From Octopus sinensis (Eukaryota): a stretch of DNA of 64,000 nt. Within the stretch, counting starts at the first letter, position 1, and every line of letters begins with the position of its first letter. The notes under the pieces were generated by a model. The model saw only the letters and a list, made by a program, of their open reading frames with translations. It ran no database searches and was not told the DNA's origin. Below are positions 48,981 through 62,617 of this stretch, piece by piece. Position numbers and translations under genes: made by a program. The stretch covers positions 15,066,001-15,130,000 of the forward strand of contig NC_042999.1 of the NCBI RefSeq assembly GCF_006345805.1. The letters run 5' to 3'.

Positions 48981-49867
48981 AGGTGTTTTTCTAGTTTTGT
49001 TTCTTGTATTTCTCACCAAAAAGGAGCTGATTTCAAATCTAGAAACAAGTTTTTTCATTGGAATTTTGACAGCAATGGAAATAATTCATGTAAGATTGTA
49101 TGCATTTATGAATGTATATTCAAAAGATATACTCATATACACACATGCATAAGTATGTAAATATAAAAGCAATTACATGTACACATTTGTGTATGTACAT
49201 ATCTATACAATCATTCATGCATATACATATACTCTTTACTCTCTCTTTTACTTGTTTCAGTCATTTGACTGTGGCCATGCTGGAGCACCGCCTTTAGTCG
49301 AGCAACTCGACCCCGGGACTTATTCTTTTGTAAGCCCAGTACTTATTCTATCGGTGTCTTTTGCCGAACCTCTAAGTAACGGGGACATAAACACACCAGC
49401 ATCGGCTGTCAAGCAATGCTAGGGGGACAACACAGACACACGAACACACACATGCATATATATATATATATATATATATACGACGGGCTTCTTTCAGTTT
49501 CCGTCTACCAAATCCACTCACAAGGCTTTGGTCGGCCCGAGGCTATAGTAGAAGACACTTGCCCAAGGTGCCATGCAGTGGGACTGAACCCGGAACCATG
49601 TGGCTGGTTAGCAAGCTACTTACCACACAGCCACTCCTGCGCCTATACATATGCATACATATCATTAACTTTATGGATCTGTAATAGGATTTACATAACC
49701 AGTATTCTAACTTAAGCATGTATATACATATATATTTTGTGCTTATAGTTGTGTATACGCATTTTATAAATACTAATCATTTTACATGTCATGTATATTT
49801 AGATTGTGTTATTCATTGGGTTGTAGCTGTAACTTCCAAATTATGGATGTTCTTTCTGGTTTTGTAA

Positions 49868-50330
49868 TGTTAGTTAGTTAATTTTTTGGCTCAAAAATCA
49901 AAAAGCAAGGCCATGTAGGGGGACATGGAGTTATGTACAGGGTGGTGTTCATGTAAAGAGTTCAGGCCACTTGTGGTCAAGGGAGACTTTGAACCGAGCG
50001 GTCGTCGGCATCTTCACCATCTTGTCCTGCAGCTTATTCCACGGATCTGCAGCCCGGATGGAGAAAGCCCCTCTCCTTCGATTGAGATGAAATCGTCACA
50101 GATAGAGCTTTTCGGAATGACCCCGCAACCGACGCTCTGGAGCAGGAGTGAAGAACAGCTCTTTCGAGAGGTTACTCTTTCCACTTATGATGTTGTGAGC
50201 AAGAATGAGATCACCACGGCGGCGGCGTTTTTCTAGAGAATAAAGGTCGAGCGTCTTCAGCCTTTCTTCATAAGACAAATGCTTGAGACCAAGAACCATG
50301 CATGTAGCCAGCTTCTGGACTCTTTCGAGA
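49868..50330 (-). mobile_element. CR1/L2-type LINE 3' end (second 3' end at ~59100-59335)
   Basis: LSYEERLKTLDLYSLEKRRRRGDLI, RLRGH; 3' UTR CCCCTACATG..TTTGAGCCAAAAAATTAAC with a (CTAA)/(CTTAA)n tail. Confidence 0.82.
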
Positions 50331-50884
50331 TGCTGTATATCTTTGAGGAGATAAGGAGACGAGGCTTGAATCCTGTAATCCCAAGGTTATCAGGATTTGG
50401 TGTTGTGATTAATGTATGTATGTCTATTATTGGTGCCAGCATGGCTGTGTGGTAAGATGTTTGCTTGACAACCACATGGTTTCAGGTTCAGTCCCATTGT
50501 ACAGGTCCTTGGGCAAGTGTCTTCTACTATAGCTTTGGGCTAACCAAAGCTTGGTGGGTGGATTTGGTACATGAAAACTGAAAGGAAGTCCATCATTTAT
50601 ATATATGTATGAGCGTGTTGTTGTGTCTGTGTTTGTCCCCACCATCACCACCACCACCACCACCACCACTGCCACCACTCGACAACTGATGTTGGTGTGT
50701 TTATATCCCCCATAACTTAGCAGTTTGGCAAAAGAGACTGATAGAGTAAGTACCAGGTGTATATAAAAAAAAAAAATGAAATATATACTGGGGACAACTC
50801 ATTTGATTAAAAATTCTTCAATGCCATGCTCCAGCATGGCCATATTCTGAACAAGTAAAATATAGAAAATATATGTGTATTTGT

Positions 50885-50930
<46 letters not shown>

Positions 50931-50984
50931 TGTGTGTGTGTATGCATGTTTCAGGAATGAAACAAGATAGCTTTATTTAGTTCA

Positions 50985-51245
50985 CTACTTTAAACATAGA
51001 TTGGCATATTTTGGTCATATTATGCGGAGAAAATCCCTGGAGAAGGACATCATGCTCGGAATGGTCAGTGGCAAGAGAGGAAGAGGCCGACCAAGAACCC
51101 ACTGGCTTGACACCATCAAGAGTGATACCGGAATGGACATAGCCAGTCTGAAAGAAGCGGCCCAGGATAGAACTGACTGGAGGACACTGATCCAATGAGT
51201 AACCGAGAGTCGACTTCGACTGAGCGGATGGATGGATAGATAGAC
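50985..51245 (+). mobile_element. RTE (BovB-like) LINE 3' end
   Basis: YFGHIMRRKSLEKDIMLGMVSGKRGRGRPRTHWLDTIK..QDRTDWR; (GATG/GATA)n tail. Confidence 0.85.
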
Positions 51246-51584
51246 TTTAAACAACACAACACACACACACACACATACACGTTTATGTCTATATTATGTA
51301 TGATATCTTGCTGAAACTTTTGAAAGAGATGAACTTTATATCGTAACCAATTACTAAATACAATAAAGGTAAATACTCATATTACTTCATATGAAGATGT
51401 GAACTTATGTAGTAAAATTCTCCTCTGTTATGTAATAAAAAAATATACTTTATCAATAAATATCAATGTAAATTTAGTACATTGTGTTTTAATTAATATG
51501 CCTTTTATACATCTCTTGACTGGCTTGATAGAGCCCCTTTGAAAAGACCTTATTGTATCCCTCTAATATTAACATGTTTACACT

Positions 51585-52004
51585 TGTAGTGATGCTACTA
51601 TGTAAGGTTCAGCGTGCATGCGCAGAATGGGACTACTTCCGGGTGGCCACCGGAAGTCTTCCCCATGCGCATGTGCGGGAAACTGACCCCTAAGGCACAG
51701 TCCACTCACTCACTCTCTCTGGCACTTTCAGCCCTCGTGAACAGACGTGCATTTGGTAGTCTCTGAGAACTCTACACCGGCTTAGCAATGGACCACCTCG
51801 AATCACTTCAATCAACCAACAAGAAGCAGTACAAAGATTCGGCTGTCGTTTGCCCGCAGAAATACGTACATCATCACGAGTAATAAACAACATTTGCTGT
51901 CTTTCCCAGATAACCTGACTTCGTCCGTTATATTTAACTAAATTGAATGTGACGGGATCGGATTGGACACCCCTTCAGTGATACCGATTCCAGATCCTGT
52001 TACA
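51585..52004. mobile_element. Solo LTR (420 bp, Gypsy-like)
   Basis: TGTA...TACA termini; 4-bp TSD CACT (51581-51584, 52005-52008); AATAAA at ~51882; more GC/CpG-rich than its flanks. Confidence 0.65.
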
Positions 52005-52103
52005 CACTCAAAGCCATGATCCTATTATTGTTATGGAATGACCTGTAACTGTTCAGGTTCACTTTTTGTTCTTGTTGCTTTTGCAATTAGGTGAAAGCAT
52101 TAA

Positions 52104-52323
52104 CCCTTTCATTACTGTATTTATTTTGAGATGCTCTGTATTCTGTCCAATCACTTTAAATATAACAAAGAATTAAGTAAAATAAATCAGTTACCATTCA
52201 GCTCGTGTTAGGAACATAAATTGTGACTAAGGTTTGGTGGAAGATTTTAATTCAAAACTTATGAAAACAAGACATTTGTACTCAGGGCCAGAGCTGGTTT
52301 CAGCCAGGCTGGTAACGAAAGGG
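52104..52323 (-). mobile_element. piggyBac-like MITE, complete (220 bp)
   Basis: TTAA at 52100-52103 and 52324-52327; reverse complement of the 39837 family. Confidence 0.8.
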
Positions 52324-52892
52324 TTAAAAGAAATAAGAAAAAATATTTTGTGACCTTGATCATTGATCATTATGTGTTTAAATTCAGAACTATGGCTTCA
52401 TTATCACTATGGGAATGAATCATAAAATATTTACTGTCTTTGAAATTACTCAGCTAAAGTTGAAACCGGTAGGAAATGATCAATGCATATTTACATTATA
52501 CACTGTATTTTGAAATCATATAAAAGTTTTAATACATTTTCAATTTTATTCTCCTATGTCATGTGGTTAGCAGGAATCTTTAAATTTTTTCTCTGTATCA
52601 TGCCATACAAATTTCTGAAAATTCCATGTAAAGCAGAAACATTGTCCAAAAAAGAAAAAGAGATAATTCTTTGAAAATGTAGTGAATTTCTTATGTAATT
52701 ACCCTTCCTCATAGGAAAACTGAAAGAATTTCACAAATTTACAAGGGGCTATGCAGCAGAAAAAGAAAGAAAATAGACAAAAACTCAGATCAATCATAAT
52801 GTAGAACTGTTATGCAAAAACATCCATTCAGAGAAGACCATCAAAGGATATTAACTTACAGAGACATTTGACAATATTCTCAGATACTACAC

Positions 52893-52928
<36 letters not shown>

Positions 52929-53090
52929 TAATAATAATAATAATAAGAAGAAGAAGAGAAGAAGAAGAAGAATATGTTATATGTCGAATAAAAGCTTTGA
53001 TTTGAAAGAAGTTTTTTTTTGAGCTTAGCAAAAGATATTGAAAGAAAGTGAGAAGGAAACAGGCAAAAGGTAAAAGCCGCTATGTATGTA

Positions 53091-53151
<61 letters not shown>

Positions 53152-53177
53152 TATGTATGTATGTATGCGTGTATGTA

Positions 53178-53219
<42 letters not shown>

Positions 53220-54493
53220 CATGTATTTACATGTGTGTATGTGTATATATATATATATGTATGTATAGGATGCAATATGTTTATATACATACACATAGAC
53301 ACAATATAGTAATAAGTTCATATATTTATATGTATATATATGTAGGTGTTTGTGTGTGTGTGTGTGTCTATATGTATATCTATCTAACTTCCTATCTATA
53401 TATATATATGATATATATATATATATATATATACTTACAAATACATATATATATATATATGTTTGTGAGTATAAATGTATATCTATCTAACTTCCTATAT
53501 ATATATATATATATCATCATCATCATCATCGTCGTTTAACGTCCGTTCTCCATGCTAGCATGGGTTGGACGGTTCGACCGGGGTTCTGGGAAGCCAGAAG
53601 GCTGCACCAGGCTCCAGTCTAATTTGGCAATGTTTCTACAGCTGGATGCCCTTCCTAACGCCCTATATATATATATATGATATATATATATATCATTTGG
53701 AAGTAACATTTGGAAGATTCAGTGTAATTAGATCAATCTTGTGGTTTGTCAACACTAAATTTCTCACAGTGTGAAGCCACTTCTTCAAACGAATCAAAAG
53801 TCGGAGATGCATGGCTCACGAGAGATGCCAGAAGTAGTGTGAATGTCTGCAGCACAGATAAAGCAATTCCCATGGCTGTAAACGAGACCAGTCCTCAGCC
53901 ACTAGATCAGATTTAATGTACGTGGAAGTGCATGGGTGAGTGAACACTGCATTTTGCATTGCTGTATGACTACTTCAACATCTTCTGCATGGAAACTGTG
54001 TATCTGTACATGCAATGTTTATGTGGTGGGAGAAGTTGGCTTATATGCAGCACAAATATTTTGTCACTGTGGACATCATCATCATCATCATCATCATCGT
54101 TTAACGTCCGTTCTCCATGCTAGCATGGGTTGGACGGTTCGACCGGGGATCTGGGAAGCCAGAAGGCTGCACCAGGCTCCAGTCTTATCTGGCAATGTTT
54201 CTACAGCTGGATGCCCTTCCTAACGCCAACCACTCCGTGAGTGTAGTGGGTGCTTTTTACGTGCCACCCGCACAGGTGCCAGGCGAGGCTGGCAACGGCC
54301 ACGGTCGGATTGGTGCAATTTACGTGCCACCGGCACGGAAGCCAGTCGAGGCGGTACTGGCATCGGCCACGAGTCGTATAGTGCTTTTTACGTACCACCA
54401 GTCCAGGGGTCCTGGCATCTGCCGGGTGCCAGTCATAGGATTGGTTCAATTTCGATTTCGAGTGAATTTGATTGACAGAAACTGAAGGAAGCC

Positions 54494-54545
<52 letters not shown>

Positions 54546-54623
54546 TCAAAATGTGACTGTGTGTGTACCATTGGCGATTTTTTTCCCTCTGTCTTCCCTT
54601 CTCTGGATCTTTCCTTCTCCTAT

Positions 54624-54658
54624 GTTTCCGACGAAGAGCTCCGCTCGAAACGTTAAAC
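54624..54658 (+). ncRNA. Minimal type I hammerhead variant (CCGACGA core)
   Basis: GUUU-CCGACGA-A-GAGC-UCC-GCUC-GAAA-C-GUU-AAAC. Followed by a pyrimidine-rich stretch and (TA)n. Confidence 0.65.
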
Positions 54659-54773
54659 CCTCCTTCCTCCCTTCCTTCCTGAGCGTCCAATAATACTATA
54701 CTTGTTCCACGTCCTCGCTTTGTTGTGTTTTCTCTTTGTGTTTTTATGTTTGGATTAACTTTATATATATATA

Positions 54774-54849
<76 letters not shown>

Positions 54850-55207
54850 TAATCACTGAAAAATCTTCTGCATACTTTGTGTTTTTTTTCTTTCTGAGTT
54901 CAGACCCTACTGAGTTCATCTTTGCCTTTCATCCTTTTGGGGGTTCATAAGATAAAGTACCACTGAAGTATGGGTGATGAGAATATTGTCTTATTGTGCT
55001 GTATACTCAAATTTTGGAATTTGAACTCAGAATGTAAAGACGGATGACATGCTGCTGAGCATTCAGCCTGGTGTGACAATGATTCTGCCAGCTTGCCACC
55101 TTATCTCTTCATAGAAAAACGAGAAATAAAATAATCATCTATGCATTATACTTAATCTATATAAACCTTTGACAGGCAAGATACTGCTATTTTTGTCTGC
55201 TATAAAA

Positions 55208-55469
55208 TCTTTATATATAAAACTTAAGTTGTGTGTGTGAGAGTCTGTCTACTCCGATTTAGATTCCTAACTACTCCCACATTTTGCGGTGCAGTTTAAC
55301 CAAAAGCGGGTATCTTATAGTCGTGATTCATATCGAGCCCTTCTTGGTATTAGCGCACGTCTACGATGAGTCTACAATTTAAAAAAAAATTCATCATCAT
55401 TTTTTCGTTTTTTTAATGCATTTTTTTACTCGGTTTTATATAAGAGAAGTAACCGGGCGATACTGCTAG
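55208..55469 (+). mobile_element. Non-autonomous Helitron (second subfamily)
   Basis: A|TCTTTATATATAAAA ... CCGGGCGATACTGCTAG|T. Confidence 0.78.
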
Positions 55470-56112
55470 TCTGTTATAGATGTGATGTGTAACAAGCACA
55501 ACATACACTTGCGTCAGAAATTAATTAGCACTTCTCAAATTTCTACATTAAATAGGTTAAATCAATTAACCTATGAGCTGTTCAAAACGTCTTACGCGAT
55601 GAGAAAACTTAGTATGGTGTGTTTCGGTCCTTGCGAGGCGCTACCTATATCTATTAAACAAAGGAAGATTTGTCTGCATCCGCACTCCAAGTTGTTGTTG
55701 CACTGCTATGTCAACATCATAAGGCTGTAGACTTTCACCCACTCTGCAAACAAAGTTACGTCATCGTTCTGCGCAACAGTGAACTCGCAACAAAGCAATA
55801 GTTCGAGATATGGCCACTAGGTGACAGCACATACCTTGAGTGAAGAGCAAATCAAGGGTGCTAATTAATTTCTGACGGTAGTGTATATTGGAGGGAAATG
55901 AAAAATCATCCCCGTAGCAGTTACCAAGAATGCTAGATGCATTTTGGCCTTCCTGAGCAAAATCAATGACATTTACTTGCAGCTGCATGCCTAAACAGAA
56001 AAGTGAATAATGCATTCATTGACACTGCAAAAAGCTGCTAGGCTGAATAAAAATCCATTGTATGCAATTAATGCAGGATTAAATTTAAATAGCCATCTAT
56101 GCTTCATATTTA

Positions 56113-56713
56113 TCTTTATATATAAAAGAGAGGTTGTGTGCTGTCTGTCTCCTACGATTTAGATTCCTAACTACTCCCACATTTTGCGGTGCAGTTTAAC
56201 CAAAACCGGGTATCTTATAGTCGTGATTCATATCAAGCCCTTCTGGGTAGTAGCGCGCATCTATGATGAGTCTACGATTTTAAAAACAATTTACCATCAA
56301 TTTTTCCCATTTTTAATGCATTTTTGGCATATATAAGGGAAGTAACTCTCTAAAAATTTATTATTAAATCTCAGAACGTAAAAAGCTACAGTAACAACCC
56401 CCCCCTTTGTGGTTAGCCATATTGAGATGGCTATTATACTTTACGGGCATGGCTGTGTGGTTAGGGAGCTTGCTTTCTAGCTACATGGTTTCGGGTTCAG
56501 TCCCACTGCGTGGCACTTTGGGTAGGTGTCTTCTGCTATAGCCCTGAGCCGACCGAAGCTTTGTGATTGAATTCGGCAGGTGGAAGTTACTGCCGTGTGT
56601 GTATATGTGCGTGTAGGTGCTTGTGCCTCTCCGAAAGAGAGAGAGGGATCTCTAAAAATGCTTATATAGTTATTTCCTTTACAAACCCGAGCAACGCCAG
56701 GCGATACTGCAAG
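56113..56713 (+). mobile_element. Non-autonomous Helitron carrying a nested SINE head (~56447-56600)
   Basis: A|TCTTTATATATAAAAG start; body shared with 55208; ends CCCGAGCAACGCCAGGCGATACTGCAAG|T. Confidence 0.75.
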
Positions 56714-56945
56714 TTGTATATAAACTATTGATAGGCAAAATGCTGCAGTTTTCATCTGAGATAAAATTTCTTATTGGCATGTTGTCTTTAAAAACACTAA
56801 TATTGCACAGAGGCAAAAGTTTGTCCCAGTAGCGGCTAGCAAGACTACCAGATAAATGTTAGTCTTCTTAGGCCTTTTCAGTTCTGTGTACTCAAAGTTA
56901 CATACTTAGAGTTACGGTAATATTTATATTTTTTTTATTTTTCAG

Positions 56946-57011
56946 TATCTTGAGCTGAGATTCAGTAAAGGTGTTCGGACAGCAGGGTCTATAACCTTCA
57001 GTGTTCAAATG
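56946..57011 (+). CDS. SLC5A8-like: SLC5 symporter coding exon 2 (66 nt; YLELRFSKGVRTAGSITFSVQM)
   Basis: Polypyrimidine tract + TTCAG acceptor, ATG|GTAAGT donor, phase 0-0. Continues the conserved TSVYE-YLELRF motif. Confidence 0.95.
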
Positions 57012-58399
57012 GTAAGTTTTTTCTTTTAAATTGTTATAAAATGTTTGTCATTTTCTGTATCAAAGCTTATTTGCTTGAAAGTAAAGTTAAATTTTTTTTC
57101 CTTCAAAGCTTTTGTTTAGGATTTCTGGCTTTCACCCAGGCAGCTTGGCTTTGATTCCTGGCACAAGAACATTTATATTTTTAGGCACGGTAATAGGTGT
57201 GTAGTGATGAAGTGTGCATATCAGCCATGTGGTTTCAGGTTCAGTTCCACTGCATGGTACCTTGGGCAAGTGTCTTCTACAATAGTTCTCGATCAACTAA
57301 TGCTTCAAGAGTGAATTTGTGAGAAGGAAACTGTGTGGAAGCTTTTCACACACACACACATACATACTCACACACATACATGAAACAGGCTTCTTTCAGT
57401 TTCTGTTTGGACCAAATCCATTCTCAAAGCTTTTGTCAGCCTCGGGTTATAGATTAGAAGACACTTGCTCAAAGTGCCAGGCAGTAGAACTGAACCTAAG
57501 ACCATGTAGTTTGAAAGGGAACTTCTTAACCATCATACTTCAGCAACATATTGAGAATTACGGTTATTATTCTCTTATCTGTGGAATGATGGACCATTTA
57601 TTTGCTCCCTCATAGAGTAGGTACTTATACTCTCACTCAACGAGGAGGTACTTAGATGCTAATGAGTAAGCATTTAGTTCAACCACTTATATTTTAACTC
57701 AATGAAAATTTACTGACCAAATTGACAGAGATCAAGTTTTGAATATGTATGTGTGTCATCATCATCATCATCGTCATTTAACATCCACTTTCCAAGATGG
57801 CATGGGTTGGAGGACTGAGGACTGTCAAGCCAGAAGGCTGTACCAGGTCCCAATCTGATCTGGCAAAGTTTCTACAGCTGGATGCCCTCCCTAATGCCAA
57901 CCACTCCGAGAGTGTAGTGGGTGCTTTTTATGTTCCACTGGCACAATGACCAGTCATGTAGTACTGACATCAGCCATGCTTGAATGGTGCCTTTTATGTG
58001 CCACCAGCACAGGAGCCAGTCAAGCGACACTGCTAATGATCATGGTCGAACAGTGCCTTTTACATACCACCAGCACAAAACCAGTCAAGTAGCATTGGCA
58101 TCGACCATGCTCGATGGCACAGGAGCCAGTCAAGCAACACTGGCAATGATCATGTTTGAATGGTGCCTTTTATGTACCACCAGCATGGGTGTCAATCAGT
58201 TAGTACTGTCATCAGCCATGAAAGCAACTTCACTTGCTCCAACAGGTCTTTGTGTGTCAATTATTATGGCTTCTTTTGCAAAGCCTCAGAGACTGTTTGA
58301 GGGAAAGTAAAGAAGAAGAAGAAGCTATGGCACATGTCTTTGTGTAGTACAAAATACTGAATCAAAAATATAATAATGATAATAATAATAATATTAATG

Positions 58400-58453
<54 letters not shown>

Positions 58454-58686
58454 TAAAATAAAAAAAAATTTAAAAAAATATTCAGACAAATACATAACAA
58501 AAACACCAGGACTTACAAACACATATAACATACAGAAAATTGCACTACTAGGCACTGCACACATCCTACGCAGAACACTTTCCATACAATAACCATCAGA
58601 GCATCACAACAAATCACAGCACATACCCAAGGCACACAGAGCTGCGCTCGGTAGTGAAGTGAAAGCACGCTATAAAAATAAAACTA

Positions 58687-58718
<32 letters not shown>

Positions 58719-59876
58719 GGAAATTATTGTGTGTAATGCGCTACAAACATCAAAGGTGCATGTACAGTACATAGAATTATGTACAAAAGTCAGGCAAGTG
58801 ACCAGTGTATTAGTCATGATATTCATGTGTGTATGCATATGGAGAGGGGATATTAGGTATAGTGTTGGTGAATTTTAGGAATCATGTAGGTTTTAAAGGA
58901 TGCAATGTTTCAGCAACTAACAACTGATGCGGGTAGTTTGTTCTATGCTTCAATAACTTGGTTATCATTAAGCTAGTGTTAGGAACATAAATTGTGACTA
59001 AGGTTTGGTGGAAGATTTTGATTCAAAACTTATGTAAACAAAACATTTGTACTACAGAGCCAGAACCGGTTTCAGCTGGGTTAGTAATGAAAGGGTTAAG
59101 TTAAGTTAAGTTAAGTTAATTTTTTGGCTCAAAAAGCAAAAAGCAAGGACATGTAGGGGGACATGGAGTTATGTACAGGGAGGGCGTTCATGCAAAGAGT
59201 TCAGGCCATTTCTGGTCAAGAGAGACCTTGAACCGAGCGGTTGTCGGCATCTTCACTATCTCATCCGGCAGCTTATTCCACAGATCCGCAACCCGGATGG
59301 ACAAAGCCCCTCTCCTTCGATTGAGATGGGCTCGGCTTGTATGGTGTTCATGTAGAAACAAAACAAAGTTGTTGAGGTAGATTTGATGTTATGCAGAAGA
59401 TCACTTTCTGGTTCAATGCATAAGCGAGGCTATGCTACAAACAAAACTTTGATCATTAAGTGTATATTCTAGCTACATTTTCTTTTCTTACATTTTAATT
59501 ATTCGTTTAAGAGAAAAACCTGAAAGAAATCTTTTAAGAAAGCACCAGGAAGTGAGTGATTTATTACTCAGGTTTATTTTAAATCATTCATGCAATAAAG
59601 TGTAAAGAATCAATTGTAATGGGCAATATTTTGAATCATTCATCCCATACTCTGTAATCTGTATTAATCTGATGATATACTGCTGAAGATGGAGTGTACA
59701 AAATACATATATAAATGCGTAAGTGTGTGTATGTATATGTATGTGTGTGTGTATGTGTGTGTGTGTGTATATATGTATGTGTGTTTGTGTATATATATAT
59801 ATGTATGTGTGTATATATATATATATATATGTATGATGTGTGTGTGTGTGAGAGAGTGTGTTCTTTTATTCTTTTA

Positions 59877-59911
<35 letters not shown>

Positions 59912-60154
59912 GCATGTACACACATTCATACATATACATGTGAATATATATCATACATACACATGCACCAGCATGGAAAACAGGTGTTCAATAAGGATAA
60001 TTTATATAAATATATATATTACACACACACACACATACACACACATACACACACACACACGCACACACACAAACACACACACACACACGCACACACACAC
60101 ACACTCACATGGTGCAAAATCATAACAGAGTGTAATATGTTGATGGTACGTATG

Positions 60155-60200
<46 letters not shown>

Positions 60201-60417
60201 CGTGTATACATATAACATGAAATTGTAATAATCTTTTGGATGCTGGCTGATGAGGAATAAGCTACGAATTTTCTGTCTGTTGTTAAATTTTTGAAATATG
60301 TATATATATATATATAGTTTGCTAGGATGATCATAAAATTTTTCTCTGAAGTGAAATCTGGCATTTAATGATGTTAAATCTTTTAGTAAATTTTTCTTTT
60401 TCTTTTTTCCATTGAAG

Positions 60418-60469
60418 CTGCTCTACATGGCAATTGTACTTTATGCTCCATCATTAGCACTAAATGCAG
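60418..60469 (+). CDS. SLC5A8-like: SLC5 symporter coding exon 3 (52 nt; LLYMAIVLYAPSLALNA)
   Basis: T-rich tract + GAAG acceptor, GCAG|GTATGT donor, phase 0-1. Conserved Y.AIVLYAPSLAL motif. Confidence 0.93.
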
Positions 60470-60514
60470 GTATGTATATTAATATATTACATTATTATAT
60501 ATTTAGTATTATAG

Positions 60515-61020
60515 TGTGTGGTGAGCTGGCAGAATCGTTAGCACGCTGGGCGAAATGCTTAACGGTATTTCATCTGCTGCTACGTTCTGAGTTCAAATTC
60601 CGCCAAGGTCAACTTTGCCTTTCATCCTTACGGGGTTGATAAGTACCAGTTACGCACTGGGTCGATGGAATCGACTTAATCCATTTGACTGTCCTTGTTT
60701 GTCCCCTCTGTGTTTAGCCCCTTGTGGGTAGTAAAGAAATAGATATTTCATCTGCGGTTACGTTATGAGTTCAAATTCCGCCGAGGTTGACTTTGCCTTT
60801 CATCCTTTCGGGTCGATAAATTAAGTACCAGTTATGCGCTGGGGTCGATATAATCGACTTAATCCGTTTGTCTGTCCTTGTTTGTCCCCTCTGTGTTTAG
60901 CCCCTTGTGGGTAGTAAAGAAATAAGTATTCTAGCTGTCCTCACATTCTGAGTTCAAATTCCACTGAGGTTGAGTTAGCTTTTCATCCTTTTGGAATCAA
61001 TAAAATAAGTATCAACTGAA
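60515..61020 (+). mobile_element. tRNA-derived SINE family C with internally triplicated body
   Basis: Head TGGTGAGCTGGCAGAATCGTTAG..GAGTTCAAATTCC, then ~155-bp repeats containing CTTTCATCCTTTCGGGGTCGATAAA.TAAGTACCAGT. Other copies at ~25548-25910, 37740-37930, 14980-15197, 23100-23290. Confidence 0.85.
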
Positions 61021-61414
61021 CAGTGGGGGCGATATAATTAACTTAACTCCTCCTGGGTATGAGTTTAAAAACTGTACCCCTCTGCCAAGCCATGTCAGGT
61101 CAGTGTGACAGAGTAGGTTCATCAAACCAGTATGATCTCAAACTCAAATTCATGGCCTGTACATCAGATCATGGTTGGTGGAGAGAACATGAGGACCTCT
61201 TCCTGCTGTGAACTGAACATGAGAAATCCAATCCAAACCAATCCAATCCAGTGGAGTATTATGTATTACAGTATTACGTCAACAGTATCAGTTGGCACAG
61301 GCATGGCTGTGTGCTTGTGAAGTCTGCTTAGCAAACATGTGGTCTCAAGTTCAACCCCAAGCCAACTAAAGCCTTCTGAGTAGATTTGGTCAATAGAAAC
61401 TCTCTCTCTCTCCT

Positions 61415-61468
<54 letters not shown>

Positions 61469-61674
61469 AAGAGCTTTCACCTACCAAATTTCACACAGAA
61501 AGAATTGGTTGACCTGTAATCTTAGTAAAATACATTTGTAAAATGTGTTGTGTAGTGGGACTGAACCTGAGACTGCAGAGTTTCAAAGCAAACTTCTTAT
61601 CCTCCCAACCATGTATATTCAAAATGGTTTCAACTATTTTACTCACCAATCATCTGTTTGAACTGATACATTTA

Positions 61675-61892
61675 TGAGGGGGTACAGAAAAAGTTCCTGA
61701 CTTTGGGTAAAAGAAAATCCAGGGGGATCAGTTAATTATGATTTTATTCAACACATTCCCCTCTCAGATTCACACACTTATTGCAGCAATCTTTCAGTTT
61801 TTCTAAGCCCTGAAAAAGAACTCAGAAGGTTAGACCTCCAACCAACACCTTTCATGAGACCCTTAAAACCAGGAACTTTTAGCACTCCCTCA
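61675..61892. mobile_element. Mariner-derived MITE
   Basis: TA-(C/T)GAGGGGG..AAAAGTTCCTG TIR and CAGGAACTTTT.AGCAC.CCCTC(A/G); second copy at 62037-62617. Confidence 0.72.
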
Positions 61893-61908
61893 TGTGTGTG
61901 TGTGTGTG

Positions 61909-61960
<52 letters not shown>

Positions 61961-62036
61961 TGGTGTGTGTGTATATATACTGGGTAGTATATTATGGTTA
62001 CACAACGAAATATGGTGTTCCTACTTTCAATTAATA

Positions 62037-62617
62037 CGATAGGTGTTAAAAAGTTCCTGGGTTTGGGTAAAAGAAAATACAGGAGGATCAGTTAATAATG
62101 ATTTTATTCAACTCTAGCTCTATGACCCAGCAACGCCGGGTCATAGTGCTAGTGCATACATATACAGCTGCGTGCGTGCGCACATACACGCGAGTACTGT
62201 CCAAATCTCCGACCAATCACATACAGCTAGCTGGCATTCAATTGGCGTATCAAGTTTCGGGCATTTTGAATGGGTTTTGGATAGAAAATTCACAAAAAAG
62301 TCACTTTTATTGATTTTTTAATGGCTTTGCGGGGTGACTGGGGAAATGTAAAAATGTGCACGACCACCTTTGGACGGTTTTGAATGACCATAGAAAGTGC
62401 GAGCCCTCTAACTAAAAAATTGTGGATTTGTATAAAGGACACACACGCAGACATTTTGCCGTTTATATATATAAAGATATATAAACTTATATATTCACAC
62501 ACTTATTGCAGTAATCTTTCAGTTTTTCTAACCCCTGAAAAAGAAGTCAGAAGGTGAGGCCTCCAACCAGGCCCTTCATGAGACCCTTAAAGCCAGGAAC
62601 TTTTCAGCACCCCCTCG
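62037..62617. mobile_element. Mariner-derived MITE interrupted by a Helitron-like insert (62114-62477)
   Basis: Both halves match 61675-61892; the insert carries a CTATGACCC/GGGTCATAG hairpin, CTAG motifs and a TCTTTATATATATAAAC end on the minus strand. Confidence 0.7.

Noticed and set aside
47965-49160. His/Thr-rich and Cys/Val-rich ORFs up to 240 aa
   Set aside because: Translations of (TG)n/(CA)n low-complexity DNA.
35019-56945. Antisense bias of family A SINEs in intron 1
   Set aside because: Small numbers and a similar bias upstream of the exon, so not interpretable.
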